A DNA stretch of 52,713 nt from a virus. Lineage: Duplodnaviria > Caudoviricetes. The stretch covers positions 1-52,713 of the IMG/VR virus record IMGVR_UViG_3300045971_000144. One strand, written 5' to 3'. This document shows positions 36,674 to 45,586 of the stretch, in pieces; position 1 is the first letter of the stretch, and the number at the start of each line of letters is the position of its first letter. The notes under the pieces are model-generated. The model was not told the DNA's origin. It made no database searches and worked only from the letters and a program-made list of their open reading frames with translations. The position numbers and the translations under genes are program-made.

Positions 36674-37741
36674 ATGGGTAAGAAAATTTGGATTTTTTGT
36701 ATCGAACCACTTGATGGCAGATACTCGCTTCAGTGGTATCATAATGTGCCGAAAATTTTAAACGAAAAGATACAAGAAAGACAACTTGATTTTCAAGTTG
36801 TCACAGTTGACGGAATTCAACGAAGCAAGACGGCCACACCGGGAGCGTTTTTGGATTTTACCGACACTAATTATTACAAAAGCACACAGTTATGCAAATT
36901 CATTGAGCACTTTGAATCTGGCGATGTTGGAATAAACGACAAAATACTGTTCACTGATGCTTGGAACCCTTGCATCACGCAAGTAGCATATATGAGAGAT
37001 TTAATGGAGCAGCAATGGGAATTATCAAGTGTTTGGCACGCCGGAGCCTACGATCCGACTGATATCTTGGGTTATAAGATGAAGAAACCGTGGCCTTGGC
37101 ATGCGGAGCGTAGTTGGTACTATAGTTGCGATTACAACTACTACGCAACTGACTTTCACAAGAAAATGTTCTTAAAGAACCTCACTATTGATAGCGGCGA
37201 ATTTGGTCGTGCTGTGCGTAGTGGGCAACCACATACTCCAATCATCGAGCAATGTAGCCAATTTTGGGATACGCCAAAGAACGGCAAGATGATTTGGCCG
37301 CATCGATATAACGCTGACAAGCAGCCAGAGATCGCTGAAGAAATCGCGTTGACTGTGCCAACTATTATTACACAAAAAATGAACTTGAGTAAAGCAGATT
37401 ACTACAAGACACTTGGCGAGTCGTCAGTGATGTTTAGTTGCTCGCTACACGAGAATCTTGGTATCTCTATCATGGAAGGTGCGTTGGCTGGTGTTATTCC
37501 ACTCTTGCCAGACCGCTGTAGCTACAGTGAAATGTATTTGCCAGAGTTTATATATCCAAGTGAGTGGACTAAGGATTACAAATCATTCCTAATATACAAA
37601 CCTGATCTATTAGAGTTTATAAACGACAGGATTGAGCGTAGAGGGCTGTATCTCACTGCATTGCAGCGTCAATGTGAAATACTTATTGAAAAATACTTGA
37701 CTCCCACTGTGATGGTCAATAAATTGTTGGGGGTTAAATGA
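36674..37741 (+). CDS. GT-B fold glycosyltransferase
   Basis: WPHRYNADKQP and ENLGISIME (EX7E) motifs; GGAGG SD before ATG 36674. Confidence 0.8.
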   Translation: MGKKIWIFCIEPLDGRYSLQWYHNVPKILNEKIQERQLDFQVVTVDGIQRSKTATPGAFLDFTDTNYYKSTQLCKFIEHFESGDVGINDKILFTDAWNPCITQVAYMRDLMEQQWELSSVWHAGAYDPTDILGYKMKKPWPWHAERSWYYSCDYNYYATDFHKKMFLKNLTIDSGEFGRAVRSGQPHTPIIEQCSQFWDTPKNGKMIWPHRYNADKQPEIAEEIALTVPTIITQKMNLSKADYYKTLGESSVMFSCSLHENLGISIMEGALAGVIPLLPDRCSYSEMYLPEFIYPSEWTKDYKSFLIYKPDLLEFINDRIERRGLYLTALQRQCEILIEKYLTPTVMVNKLLGVK

Positions 37742-38541
37742 CATTTAACTTTGGACCTAAAATAGGGATTGTCGGCCTTGGTGTAGTGGGCATGGCTATT
37801 CGTCGCTCATGCAAGTTTGACACACCCGTAATGGTTGATCCTAACCCTGATCTCAACTGTACTGGCACATACTCTGATCTATTTACATGTCACGGCATTT
37901 TTGTTTGTGTACCAAGTCCGTCCAGCAAAGATGGCACTTGCGATACAAGCATATTAGAATCAGTATTAGCCAAGTTAGAAGGGTTTAAGGGCGTTATCAT
38001 TAGTAAAGTAACAGCACCACCGTCTGTGTATTCAAGACTGTCTAAACTGTATCCTAACTTGGTGTATTGCCCAGAGTTCCTGACAGAGCGTAATGCTACT
38101 AACGATTACTTGACCAGTAGATTTGTAGTCATTGGTGGTACAGTAGCGGCATACATGAATGAGACAAAACGAATCATAAGCGAAAACTTACCTGATGTTA
38201 ACCATTATCTCATGTGTACGCCAGAGGAAGCATCGCTAATGAAGTACACTGTAAACTCATTCCTTGCCACCAAGGTAATATTTATGAATGAGTTGAAACA
38301 GTTGGCTGATGCTACTGAAAATGTTGATTTTAAGAATGTCACTAACTTACTTAAACATGATCTCAGAATTGGCGAGACTCACATGCACGTACCAGGCCCA
38401 GATGAAAAGCTTGGATTCGGTGGAATGTGTTTTCCAAAGGACACAGAAGCATTGCTAAAGTTTGCTGAAGATGCTAAAATAGAACTCAGTGTGTTAGAAA
38501 CAGCGGTTAGAAAGAATACATTATTACGGCTTAAAGAATGA
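37738..38541 (+). CDS. ugd: UDP-glucose/GDP-mannose dehydrogenase family (short form)
   Basis: GIVGLGVVG, FVCVPSP, PEFL, KY..NSFLATK and GFGGMCFPKD; lacks the usual C-terminal domain. Confidence 0.88.
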   Translation: MTFNFGPKIGIVGLGVVGMAIRRSCKFDTPVMVDPNPDLNCTGTYSDLFTCHGIFVCVPSPSSKDGTCDTSILESVLAKLEGFKGVIISKVTAPPSVYSRLSKLYPNLVYCPEFLTERNATNDYLTSRFVVIGGTVAAYMNETKRIISENLPDVNHYLMCTPEEASLMKYTVNSFLATKVIFMNELKQLADATENVDFKNVTNLLKHDLRIGETHMHVPGPDEKLGFGGMCFPKDTEALLKFAEDAKIELSVLETAVRKNTLLRLKE

Positions 38542-38732
38542 AGGATCAGCATGAAATTTGGTTGCTGCTGGCTAAAGAAAAGTTTCCAGCACTAACAGAA
38601 GCCCAGTTAGTTAATGTTAAACTCAATGCTTCTATGGATTGGGGATGCGGAATGGAGACTGAATTGGCTAAATTATTTGATTCTTACATTATGATGCGAA
38701 ATTTATACGGGATTAAGCAAAAGGATAAATAA
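38538..38732 (+). CDS. hypothetical protein
   Basis: 64 aa ORF, ATGA-coupled to ugd. Confidence 0.55.
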   Translation: MKDQHEIWLLLAKEKFPALTEAQLVNVKLNASMDWGCGMETELAKLFDSYIMMRNLYGIKQKDK

Positions 38733-38791
38733 CTATGTAGCACAAAGGCTACAAAATATCAAAAACAAACCATCACAAAGGAAGGTTATCT

Positions 38792-39469
38792 ATGTCGTTT
38801 AACAAACAAAAATGTGATCCAGAATTGGGCAGAAAAGTACACGAGCACTTAGTTAAATGCGGTGTAGAAACACCGCAAAAACAAAACAGTATCAGCCGTA
38901 GTGATAAGATTGACCTTATTGAAAAACATTTTGCTGTCATTATGGAAACACTTGGATTAGATCTAACTGACGACAGTTTAGAGGAAACGCCAAAACGTGT
39001 GGCCAAAATGTTCGTAAATGAAATATTTTTTGGGCTTGATTATGAGGCATTCCCCAAATGTACTACAGTTGACAACAAAATGTTATACGACGAAATGGTC
39101 GTTGAAAGAAACGTAAATGTACAATCTAACTGCGAACATCACTTTGTTGTCATTGATGGTGTTGCAACGGTCGCTTATATTCCTAACAAACGTGTATTGG
39201 GCCTTAGTAAGATCAATCGCATCGTTGAGTACTTTAGCAAACGCCCGCAAATCCAAGAACGATTGACCGAGCAAATCTTCCACGCATTACAGTTCATCCT
39301 TGATACTGAAAATGTTGCTGTGGTAGTTGACGCTAAACATTTCTGTGTTCGTGCTCGTGGCGTTGAAGACACTGGCTCAAGCACAGTAACAAGCAAACTC
39401 GGCGGTGGATTTAAAACAGATCCATCAGTGAGATCAGAGTTTATGCGTTTAGTTTCTGTTAGGAGTTAA
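38792..39469 (+). CDS. folE: GTP cyclohydrolase I
   Basis: ETPKRVAK, SNCEHHF, GLSKINR, RPQIQERLT and HFCVRARGV motifs. Confidence 0.96.
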   Translation: MSFNKQKCDPELGRKVHEHLVKCGVETPQKQNSISRSDKIDLIEKHFAVIMETLGLDLTDDSLEETPKRVAKMFVNEIFFGLDYEAFPKCTTVDNKMLYDEMVVERNVNVQSNCEHHFVVIDGVATVAYIPNKRVLGLSKINRIVEYFSKRPQIQERLTEQIFHALQFILDTENVAVVVDAKHFCVRARGVEDTGSSTVTSKLGGGFKTDPSVRSEFMRLVSVRS

Positions 39470-39470
39470 G

Positions 39471-39788
39471 ATGTTAGTAAAATTTAGACGAAAAATGTTT
39501 CGCTGGTTACAAAATGCTGCCATTGAAGAGTGCGAGCCCGCTCCATACTATAACAGCACTAGCACAATTGGCAGTAATGCAAAAGTTAGTGCAGGTCCAA
39601 GCAAAGACTTAGACAGTGCTGGTATCCACTTTAAAGTTATACCAGGGCAAGGCGGCACGGTTATTGAAACATTTCACTACAATAAGAAAACTGACAACCG
39701 CGACACCACGCTATATGTTGTGCCTGACACAGACGATTTGTCACAAGCAATAACACACATTATCACATTACAATCAATGAGAGGGTAA
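39471..39788 (+). CDS. hypothetical protein
   Basis: 105 aa ORF in operon. Confidence 0.6.
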   Translation: MLVKFRRKMFRWLQNAAIEECEPAPYYNSTSTIGSNAKVSAGPSKDLDSAGIHFKVIPGQGGTVIETFHYNKKTDNRDTTLYVVPDTDDLSQAITHIITLQSMRG

Positions 39789-39789
39789 G

Positions 39790-40077
39790 ATGGAAAATAA
39801 AATGTTGTCTGAACATAAAGTGCCCCCAACATGGGTTGCGCAAGCAGGCGGTGATTTTCACGTAGCAATATACAAAGACGACGTGCCAGAGTCGTTGATT
39901 TTTGCTCCTATGTACAATACACTAGATTTGATAGATGATTGCGTCTACACTGCGACACACGTTGGCAATAAGATGATTGCTGACGGGATTTGTGCTAGTG
40001 TGTTTGTTGATTACAACCTTGAGTCACCCACTAACTTGTGGCCGTACATTCGTTTACGTTGGGGGCAAGATGTCTAA
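39790..40077 (+). CDS. hypothetical protein
   Basis: 95 aa ORF with GAGGG SD. Confidence 0.55.
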   Translation: MENKMLSEHKVPPTWVAQAGGDFHVAIYKDDVPESLIFAPMYNTLDLIDDCVYTATHVGNKMIADGICASVFVDYNLESPTNLWPYIRLRWGQDV

Positions 40078-40369
40078 ATCAGGCCTTACCCCATACCAAG
40101 ACGAGTGCTTGGAAATTCTCGTAGAAGAATGTGCTGAAGTAATTCAAGAGAAAAGTAAAATTTTCCGCTTTGGAATCAATGAAGCAAGTTGGCATCACCC
40201 AGCATTTACACACGCTGAATGTTTAGAAATTGAGCTAGGTGATTTACTTGCGATGATAGAACTAGTACAATCGAGTGGTGTTGGTGTTACTGCCGCAGGC
40301 ATGGAAGCAGCAAAGCAAAAGAAATTAGCTAAAGTCCTTAAATGGATGACGCATAAGAAAGAAGATTAA
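40070..40369 (+). CDS. MazG-like NTP pyrophosphohydrolase
   Basis: LVEECAEVIQ ... LEIELGDLLA acidic ExxE/ExxD motifs. Confidence 0.75.
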   Translation: MSKSGLTPYQDECLEILVEECAEVIQEKSKIFRFGINEASWHHPAFTHAECLEIELGDLLAMIELVQSSGVGVTAAGMEAAKQKKLAKVLKWMTHKKED

Positions 40370-40371
40370 CT

Positions 40372-40995
40372 ATGAAAACGAGTAGATCAGATTTCAATGA
40401 AACTTGGCTAGCAGAAATGCCAGCCAAATTGGGGAACTTTGGGGACACGTTTAGTATTGTTAATACCTCAATCACTGAATGGGTGGCCGCAGGTAAAGTA
40501 CCTGAACAATTGTCACCAGCATTATTTAGGCTTAGTGGGCAAAATATTTCTTATTACTGGTATCAAACTCTAGATGAAATAACTCTTGCAGTTGAATTAG
40601 AAAAACGACCGCAGGGATTAGCAGTTTCAATTATAGGAAAAAATCCCAAATGCATGAATCAATCTCCATATGCCACTGAATTATATAGTGACATATTGAA
40701 GCATAACCCATACTCTTTGCTGCTAAGTGATAACCAGATTAGTGACAGCGGCATTAAATTATGGAAAAGATTACTCACTGATCCAGCTAATATAGTATCA
40801 GTGTATAATCACAGAAACCCAGCGCGAACATTTAAAACAATAACATCAGTAGCAGAAATGGATGCTGTGTTAGGTCCAGATCATTATTATGACAGGTTTG
40901 TGCTATCACACAAAGGAACATCGTTGGCTGAGACTCGTAGCTATTTTAATACCAGGCGATATCGAGAATTAGCTGGTATTTCGTTAGAAGACTAA
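40372..40995 (+). CDS. hypothetical protein, possible GNAT-like fold
   Basis: YATELY..LLLSDNQISDSGIKLWKRL pattern. Confidence 0.5.
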   Translation: MKTSRSDFNETWLAEMPAKLGNFGDTFSIVNTSITEWVAAGKVPEQLSPALFRLSGQNISYYWYQTLDEITLAVELEKRPQGLAVSIIGKNPKCMNQSPYATELYSDILKHNPYSLLLSDNQISDSGIKLWKRLLTDPANIVSVYNHRNPARTFKTITSVAEMDAVLGPDHYYDRFVLSHKGTSLAETRSYFNTRRYRELAGISLED

Positions 40996-41002
40996 TAATC
41001 CA

Positions 41003-41068
41003 ACCGGCCTTTTGGCTTCATTCCCGGTATATAAATTCTGCAGCCTATGCTAAAATTTAACATAGGAG
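41003..41068 (+). promoter_or_regulatory. structured 5' leader of queD with SD-sequestering hairpin
   Basis: ACCGG/CCGGT stem; CCTATG (41044-41049) pairs with CATAGG (41061-41066), covering the start of AGGAG. Confidence 0.5.
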
Positions 41069-41071
41069 ATA

Positions 41072-41551
41072 ATGATGGCAAAATATTTCAGTACAAAAAC
41101 ATACAATCAAATCGGGCCAGTTGCTTATAGGCAATGGCGCTCAGATTCGCATTGCAATCTAATTCATGGGTATGCTATGTCGTTTCATTTCGAATTTGAA
41201 GCCGACACGTTAGATGCTCGTAATTGGGTAACCGATTTTGGTGGGTTGAGACCACTTAAAGATAAATTAGAAGAATGGTTTGATCATACATTGCTGGTCG
41301 CACAAGATGACCCACAGCGAGAAGCATTGATTCATCTTGGTAAAATTGGTGTTGCAAAAATCACAGAAGTAGAAAAGACAGGGTGTGAAGGTATCGCTGA
41401 CTTTCTTTATGAGTATGTGAATACTATTTTCTTACCAAACTGCGGCACTGAAGAAGCCAAGCGAGTCTGGTGTACTCGCGTTGAAGTTCGTGAAACTGCA
41501 AACAATATGGCTGGTCGGCAAGGCCGTAGGGAAGATAACGAGTTTATTTAA
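41072..41551 (+). CDS. queD: 6-carboxytetrahydropterin synthase QueD
   Basis: HCNLIHGY, DFGGL..LK, FDH, TGCE and VEVRET..N motifs. Confidence 0.9.
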   Translation: MMAKYFSTKTYNQIGPVAYRQWRSDSHCNLIHGYAMSFHFEFEADTLDARNWVTDFGGLRPLKDKLEEWFDHTLLVAQDDPQREALIHLGKIGVAKITEVEKTGCEGIADFLYEYVNTIFLPNCGTEEAKRVWCTRVEVRETANNMAGRQGRREDNEFI

Positions 41552-41804
41552 CTTGTTTTGATTTTGGTGTGCGTGGAGCAGTTTTGGCAATCACTGCTGG
41601 TTTCTTTTGCGGTAATGCTTTTGGCGCAGGTGCTGGAGATGGCTTCTTAGCTGGCGCTTTTGAAGGTACTGGCTGCTTTTTAACAGCAGGCGCTTTTGGT
41701 GCTGATGACGGGGGAGTCACCGTAATTTTGATTTCTGGCTCAGCAGCCTTTTCTGGAACACCTGAAACCCAGCAAACGATTTTGTTATACAACTTTTTAA
41801 ACAT
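41544..41804 (-). CDS. Pro/Lys/Ala-rich hypothetical protein
   Basis: GGAG SD and a minus-strand ATAAATA upstream. Confidence 0.6.
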   Translation of the reverse strand: MFKKLYNKIVCWVSGVPEKAAEPEIKITVTPPSSAPKAPAVKKQPVPSKAPAKKPSPAPAPKALPQKKPAVIAKTAPRTPKSKQVK

Positions 41805-41871
41805 GAAAAATCTCCGTAAAATAAGGCATTTTGGTGCCCAGAATAATATTTATCATTTTGACCACCAGTGC

Positions 41872-41900
41872 TTGACTTTTACTGGAAACCATGTTACAAT
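41872..41900 (+). promoter_or_regulatory. sigma70-type early promoter
   Basis: TTGACT-17 nt-TACAAT. Confidence 0.65.
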
Positions 41901-41906
41901 AGCAGT

Positions 41907-42143
41907 ATGAATCATATTACGTGGGATATTGTAGACCCAGATGCAATGCGTGTTGTTATTATGCGTAACGGTGACCCTGTCATGCAAATTTCTGTGCACG
42001 AAATCATCGAAAGTTGCTCACGGAACAAAGTATTGCAGCATGTAGCAGAATGTGACAGAACACCCTGGCTAACGCGGTGGCAAAATGAAAAGCACCAAGA
42101 GATAACAGATTTGTTGAAAAAGGATTACAGCAATGATGTCTGA
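41907..42143 (+). CDS. hypothetical protein
   Basis: ATG 41907 lies just after the promoter (possibly leaderless). Confidence 0.55.
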   Translation: MNHITWDIVDPDAMRVVIMRNGDPVMQISVHEIIESCSRNKVLQHVAECDRTPWLTRWQNEKHQEITDLLKKDYSNDV

Positions 42144-42516
42144 CGAATTACGCAAATATATAGACATGATTATCTTGGAAGATAAAAATGATGAACTATA
42201 CGAGATGGCAAATCTCGGCAGTGATGATCATGGAATTGCACACGTCGTTATTTGGGTAGGCAAAGCTAACAAACAACATGGATTACGAGTTAAGGTATCT
42301 AATTTAAAAGATCGATGGAGCAATGACGATAATTTTGTGATTCAAATGCCATCACTGGATTACGACCACGAACAAGTGGCACCATGGATTCGAGGATCAG
42401 TTATGAAGTTGATTTTAGCTTGGATAGTATTAAATTCAAAAGTATTGCATGATTTTGAAAATGATGCTATAGTCTATACAAGAGATTTTTTAAATCAAAT
42501 AGCAAAAGTAAAATAA
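42133..42516 (+). CDS. hypothetical protein
   Basis: 127 aa; ELRKYIDMIILE..LYEMANL N-terminus. Confidence 0.65.
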   Translation: MMSDELRKYIDMIILEDKNDELYEMANLGSDDHGIAHVVIWVGKANKQHGLRVKVSNLKDRWSNDDNFVIQMPSLDYDHEQVAPWIRGSVMKLILAWIVLNSKVLHDFENDAIVYTRDFLNQIAKVK

Positions 42517-42692
42517 TGTTTAACCCGTATAACGTTTACGTAGCAATGCGGTTCAGTGGCAGATCTATTCCGTATTCTTTGTTTTGCACAGCATTGTGTG
42601 TTATACTGCTACCGTATTCAAAGTACAAAGAGTGGGAATACGACAGGAAGCAGAAAGATGATGGATTTGGTAAATTTAAGGATCGAGAATAA
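42516..42692 (+). CDS. small hypothetical protein (58 aa, not in ORF track)
   Basis: TAATG-coupled on both sides; MFNPYNVYVAMRF... Confidence 0.5.
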   Translation: MFNPYNVYVAMRFSGRSIPYSLFCTALCVILLPYSKYKEWEYDRKQKDDGFGKFKDRE

Positions 42693-42859
42693 TGCCGCCA
42701 ATAACGTACGAAGAATTGAAGGCCGTGTACGACTCGTTGAAAGAGTGTAGGCCTAACGTTGATGACTTTTCATGGGGGCCTACATTAGGCATGGCGGAAA
42801 AGCGTAAAAAGGAAGCACTGAAAATTTTACGCAGGGCAATGAAGAAATATTTAGAATAA
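42692..42859 (+). CDS. small hypothetical protein (55 aa, not in ORF track)
   Basis: TAATG-coupled; MPPITYEELKAVYDSLKEC... Confidence 0.55.
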   Translation: MPPITYEELKAVYDSLKECRPNVDDFSWGPTLGMAEKRKKEALKILRRAMKKYLE

Positions 42860-42870
42860 GGAAACGAATA

Positions 42871-43143
42871 ATGTCATCTAAAGAACTATGGCTTACTGCT
42901 CCTGATGGACAGTTTGCAGATGATCTAAAGTGGATCATTAAAGAATGGAGCGATGAACCCACATCTGCGCAACTGTTAAAGGCGTTGGACTGGGCTGCGT
43001 ACTGCGGTGGTGCATCGACATTTGCAATGCAATGTTTAAACATAGAGCTCGTCATGGCATTGAAGAATGAAGGTACCACTAGGGAACAACTCGAACTAGC
43101 GGGACTGTTAGCATGGCGCAACGAGTCTCCATTTACAGATTAA
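42871..43143 (+). CDS. hypothetical protein
   Basis: 90 aa ORF with AAGGA SD. Confidence 0.6.
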   Translation: MSSKELWLTAPDGQFADDLKWIIKEWSDEPTSAQLLKALDWAAYCGGASTFAMQCLNIELVMALKNEGTTREQLELAGLLAWRNESPFTD

Positions 43144-43184
43144 GGAATAACAATGTTTGGAACTAACACCGTAACATTGTTAAA

Positions 43185-43778
43185 ATGATTTTCTATACAT
43201 ACGCCTACATACGAAATAAAGATTCTGTTGCCGGAAAAGCAGGATCTCCGTATTATATTGGCAAAGGCAAAGAAGATAGAGCTTATGAAAATCACGGAAA
43301 AATTCGTGTACCTAAGAATAAAAACTATATTGTAATTTTGGAAACTAACTTAACCGAAGTTGGTGCATTTGCATTAGAACGACGATATATAGAATGGTAT
43401 GGTCGAAGAGATTTAGGCACCGGTATATTACACAATAGAACCAATGGCGGGGATGGTAGTTCGGGGAGAATTTTTAAGTATAGCGAAGAGTCCAAGTTGA
43501 AAATGTCTCTTGCCAAAAAGGGCAAGGCACCGCCAAATAAAGGTAAAAAGTGGAATAAAGAGACAATACAAAAAATGTCTGACGTAAAGAAAGGTAGTAA
43601 AAATCCACGCTTTAATGCTATAATTAAAGATGAAACAAGATTAAAAATATCTGCATGGCAGAAAGGTGTACCTAAATCTAAGGTAAAATGTAGTCATTGC
43701 GGAATAGAAACATCGTTAATGAATATTGCAAGATGGCATGAAAATAATTGTAAGGCTGTAAAAAATGAAAAAATATAA
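43185..43778 (+). CDS. free-standing GIY-YIG-like homing endonuclease
   Basis: FYTYAY..PYYIGKG..R, AFALE..I..YGR, LHNRTNGGDG, NUMOD3-like repeats and CSHC..H..NC. Confidence 0.8.
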   Translation: MIFYTYAYIRNKDSVAGKAGSPYYIGKGKEDRAYENHGKIRVPKNKNYIVILETNLTEVGAFALERRYIEWYGRRDLGTGILHNRTNGGDGSSGRIFKYSEESKLKMSLAKKGKAPPNKGKKWNKETIQKMSDVKKGSKNPRFNAIIKDETRLKISAWQKGVPKSKVKCSHCGIETSLMNIARWHENNCKAVKNEKI

Positions 43779-44709
43779 ATATTCGGAAATTTTTGGAAAA
43801 ACAATCCAGGGCGAAGGTCGTTACACTGGTTATCCAACAGTATGGATTAGATTTTGGGGTTGTAATTTTGAGTGCAACGGTTTTGGTCAAGATACACCGG
43901 AAGATCCTACTACATATAACCTAGATTATCAAACTATAGATGTGTCGTCTATTAAACACATGAACGATCTCCCAGTGTTTAGTAAAGGATGTGACAGTTC
44001 GTACAGCTGGTCGAAGAAATTTGCACATCTTGCAAATACAAGTTCGGTATCAGATATATGTGATAAATTAGAATATTATCTAATTTCAGAGAGTAATCCG
44101 GGGGGAAAATTTTTACATCCAGAAAGTAAACAATGGACACATCTTGCATTTACGGGTGGTGAGCCAATGATGAATCAATCTGCTATTGTAGACATTATGC
44201 AAGAATTTGATAGGCGTGAGAACTCACCAAAATATGTAACCATAGAGACAAACGGTACGCAAATGATACGGGAAAATTTTCAGGCGTATTTCGGTAGTAA
44301 AGTGATTACTGAATTTCTAAAGGGCTTTACTCTTGCTGGGCCGTTATTTAATGACATAGAAGGAAGAGAATTGTTCTGGAGTGTCAGCCCGAAGTTATAC
44401 CTCAGTGGGGAGAAATGGGAAGATGCTATTAGGTCTGAAATAGTAGCAGGATATAAACTTGTTTCAAATGTAGGACAATTAAAGTATGTGTCGAATGGTA
44501 GTGCACGATCGTGGGACGAAGTTAAACAGGCTACAAAAGAATATGCTGCTAGATCAATTGATTGGCCTGTATGGATTATGCCTGTAGGGGCAGATATCGA
44601 AGGGCAGAATAAAGTCGCAGCAAGAATTACAGAGGGTGCTGTTGAAAGAGGATACAATGTTGCTGCAAGAGTTCACACATATATTTTCGGAAATGTTGTT
44701 GGTAAATGA
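43765..44709 (+). CDS. queE: 7-carboxy-7-deazaguanine synthase QueE (radical SAM)
   Basis: EIF..IQGEG, IRFWGCNFEC..(insert)..GCDS, FTGGEP, IETNGT, SVSPKL, RVH. Confidence 0.92.
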   Translation: MKKYKYSEIFGKTIQGEGRYTGYPTVWIRFWGCNFECNGFGQDTPEDPTTYNLDYQTIDVSSIKHMNDLPVFSKGCDSSYSWSKKFAHLANTSSVSDICDKLEYYLISESNPGGKFLHPESKQWTHLAFTGGEPMMNQSAIVDIMQEFDRRENSPKYVTIETNGTQMIRENFQAYFGSKVITEFLKGFTLAGPLFNDIEGRELFWSVSPKLYLSGEKWEDAIRSEIVAGYKLVSNVGQLKYVSNGSARSWDEVKQATKEYAARSIDWPVWIMPVGADIEGQNKVAARITEGAVERGYNVAARVHTYIFGNVVGK

Positions 44710-44730
44710 TTTTTGGTTTGGGAACTTTAT

Positions 44731-44850
44731 ATGAAGCAATTTTTTAGTAGGTTATGGTGCGCCCTAAATGGCCATGGTGGTATTCATGGTGGATATGTAT
44801 TGGGATCTACTGGTATGTGCAAACGATGTGGAGCAAAGGTTAAACTATGA
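44731..44850 (+). CDS. small Cys/His protein (39 aa)
   Basis: LWCALNGH...CKRCG possible zinc ligands; ATGA overlap with the next gene. Confidence 0.5.
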   Translation: MKQFFSRLWCALNGHGGIHGGYVLGSTGMCKRCGAKVKL

Positions 44851-45068
44851 GCAAACATTTTACTGATACTGAACGCCTTGATTTCCAGCAAAATAACCTT
44901 GCTTACGAATTCTCTGCGGAGGATGACGATGGCGATCTTATTTGGATTGCTTATAAAGTTACTGGCAGCAGAAATGATCGCGAATGGCATAAAGTTGCCG
45001 ATGGCTACAATTTACGCGAAGCAATTGATGCTGCAATGTCACTGAAATATTTTGGAGTAGAAAAATGA
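44847..45068 (+). CDS. hypothetical protein
   Basis: DTERLDF..LREAIDAAM pattern. Confidence 0.6.
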   Translation: MSKHFTDTERLDFQQNNLAYEFSAEDDDGDLIWIAYKVTGSRNDREWHKVADGYNLREAIDAAMSLKYFGVEK

Positions 45069-45292
45069 ACGAACATATTAAAACAATACTTAACAGAGTT
45101 ACTTCAGAGCGAGATCAAGCTGGTGAAGGTATAGGTCGGGCAGGCAAAGGTAAAATATACTTTTTGAATGGTGATGATGTTGAAAAGTATGCGGAGTTGA
45201 TTATCGCTGAATGTGCACGAGTTGCCAATAACGCCGGTGCTGTTTATTTCACCGGGGATAAAATCCTAAAACATTTTGGAAAAGAGAAATGA
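45065..45292 (+). CDS. hypothetical protein
   Basis: EKYAELIIAECA..ILKHFG pattern; GGAG SD. Confidence 0.6.
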   Translation: MNEHIKTILNRVTSERDQAGEGIGRAGKGKIYFLNGDDVEKYAELIIAECARVANNAGAVYFTGDKILKHFGKEK

Positions 45293-45387
45293 GTAATCAA
45301 GCGAACCACGAATACACTGGTCGCTATTGTTTAGAGCACGGGTTTAAGCTCAACTTACAGCAGCATTTATATGTGGGTATGGCATGA
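45289..45387 (+). pseudogene. probable QueE C-terminal remnant (32 aa ORF)
   Basis: MSNQANHEYTGRYCLEHGFKLNLQQHLYVGMA* resembles the QueE C-terminal YC..H...LSLQ.H motif. Confidence 0.5.
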
Positions 45388-45581
45388 ACGATATTGACGA
45401 TCCAAAAGACGAGAAAATATTTGAACTACAGCAAGAAATTAAACACTTGCGTGGGCAAATAACCTATCTCCAAGAACAACTTTCTAGCGTAGAAGATGAG
45501 ATGGATAAAAAGGTTTCTCGCTTAGAGGATGAGATTGAAGGACTTGAAGACCAACTCAGTAATGCTGCTTACAGGGACTAA
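45384..45581 (+). CDS. coiled-coil hypothetical protein
   Basis: 65 aa heptad-rich ORF. Confidence 0.55.
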   Translation: MNDIDDPKDEKIFELQQEIKHLRGQITYLQEQLSSVEDEMDKKVSRLEDEIEGLEDQLSNAAYRD

Positions 45582-45586
45582 TATAA

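Noticed and set aside
42556-42750. 64-aa ORF from the track
   Set aside because: Two TAATG-coupled ORFs (42516-42692 and 42692-42859) tile the region better.
33773-44709. queC, queF or archaeosine synthase gene
   Set aside because: No SGGxDS PP-loop or QueF CPxT motif was found in the window; such genes may lie elsewhere in the genome.
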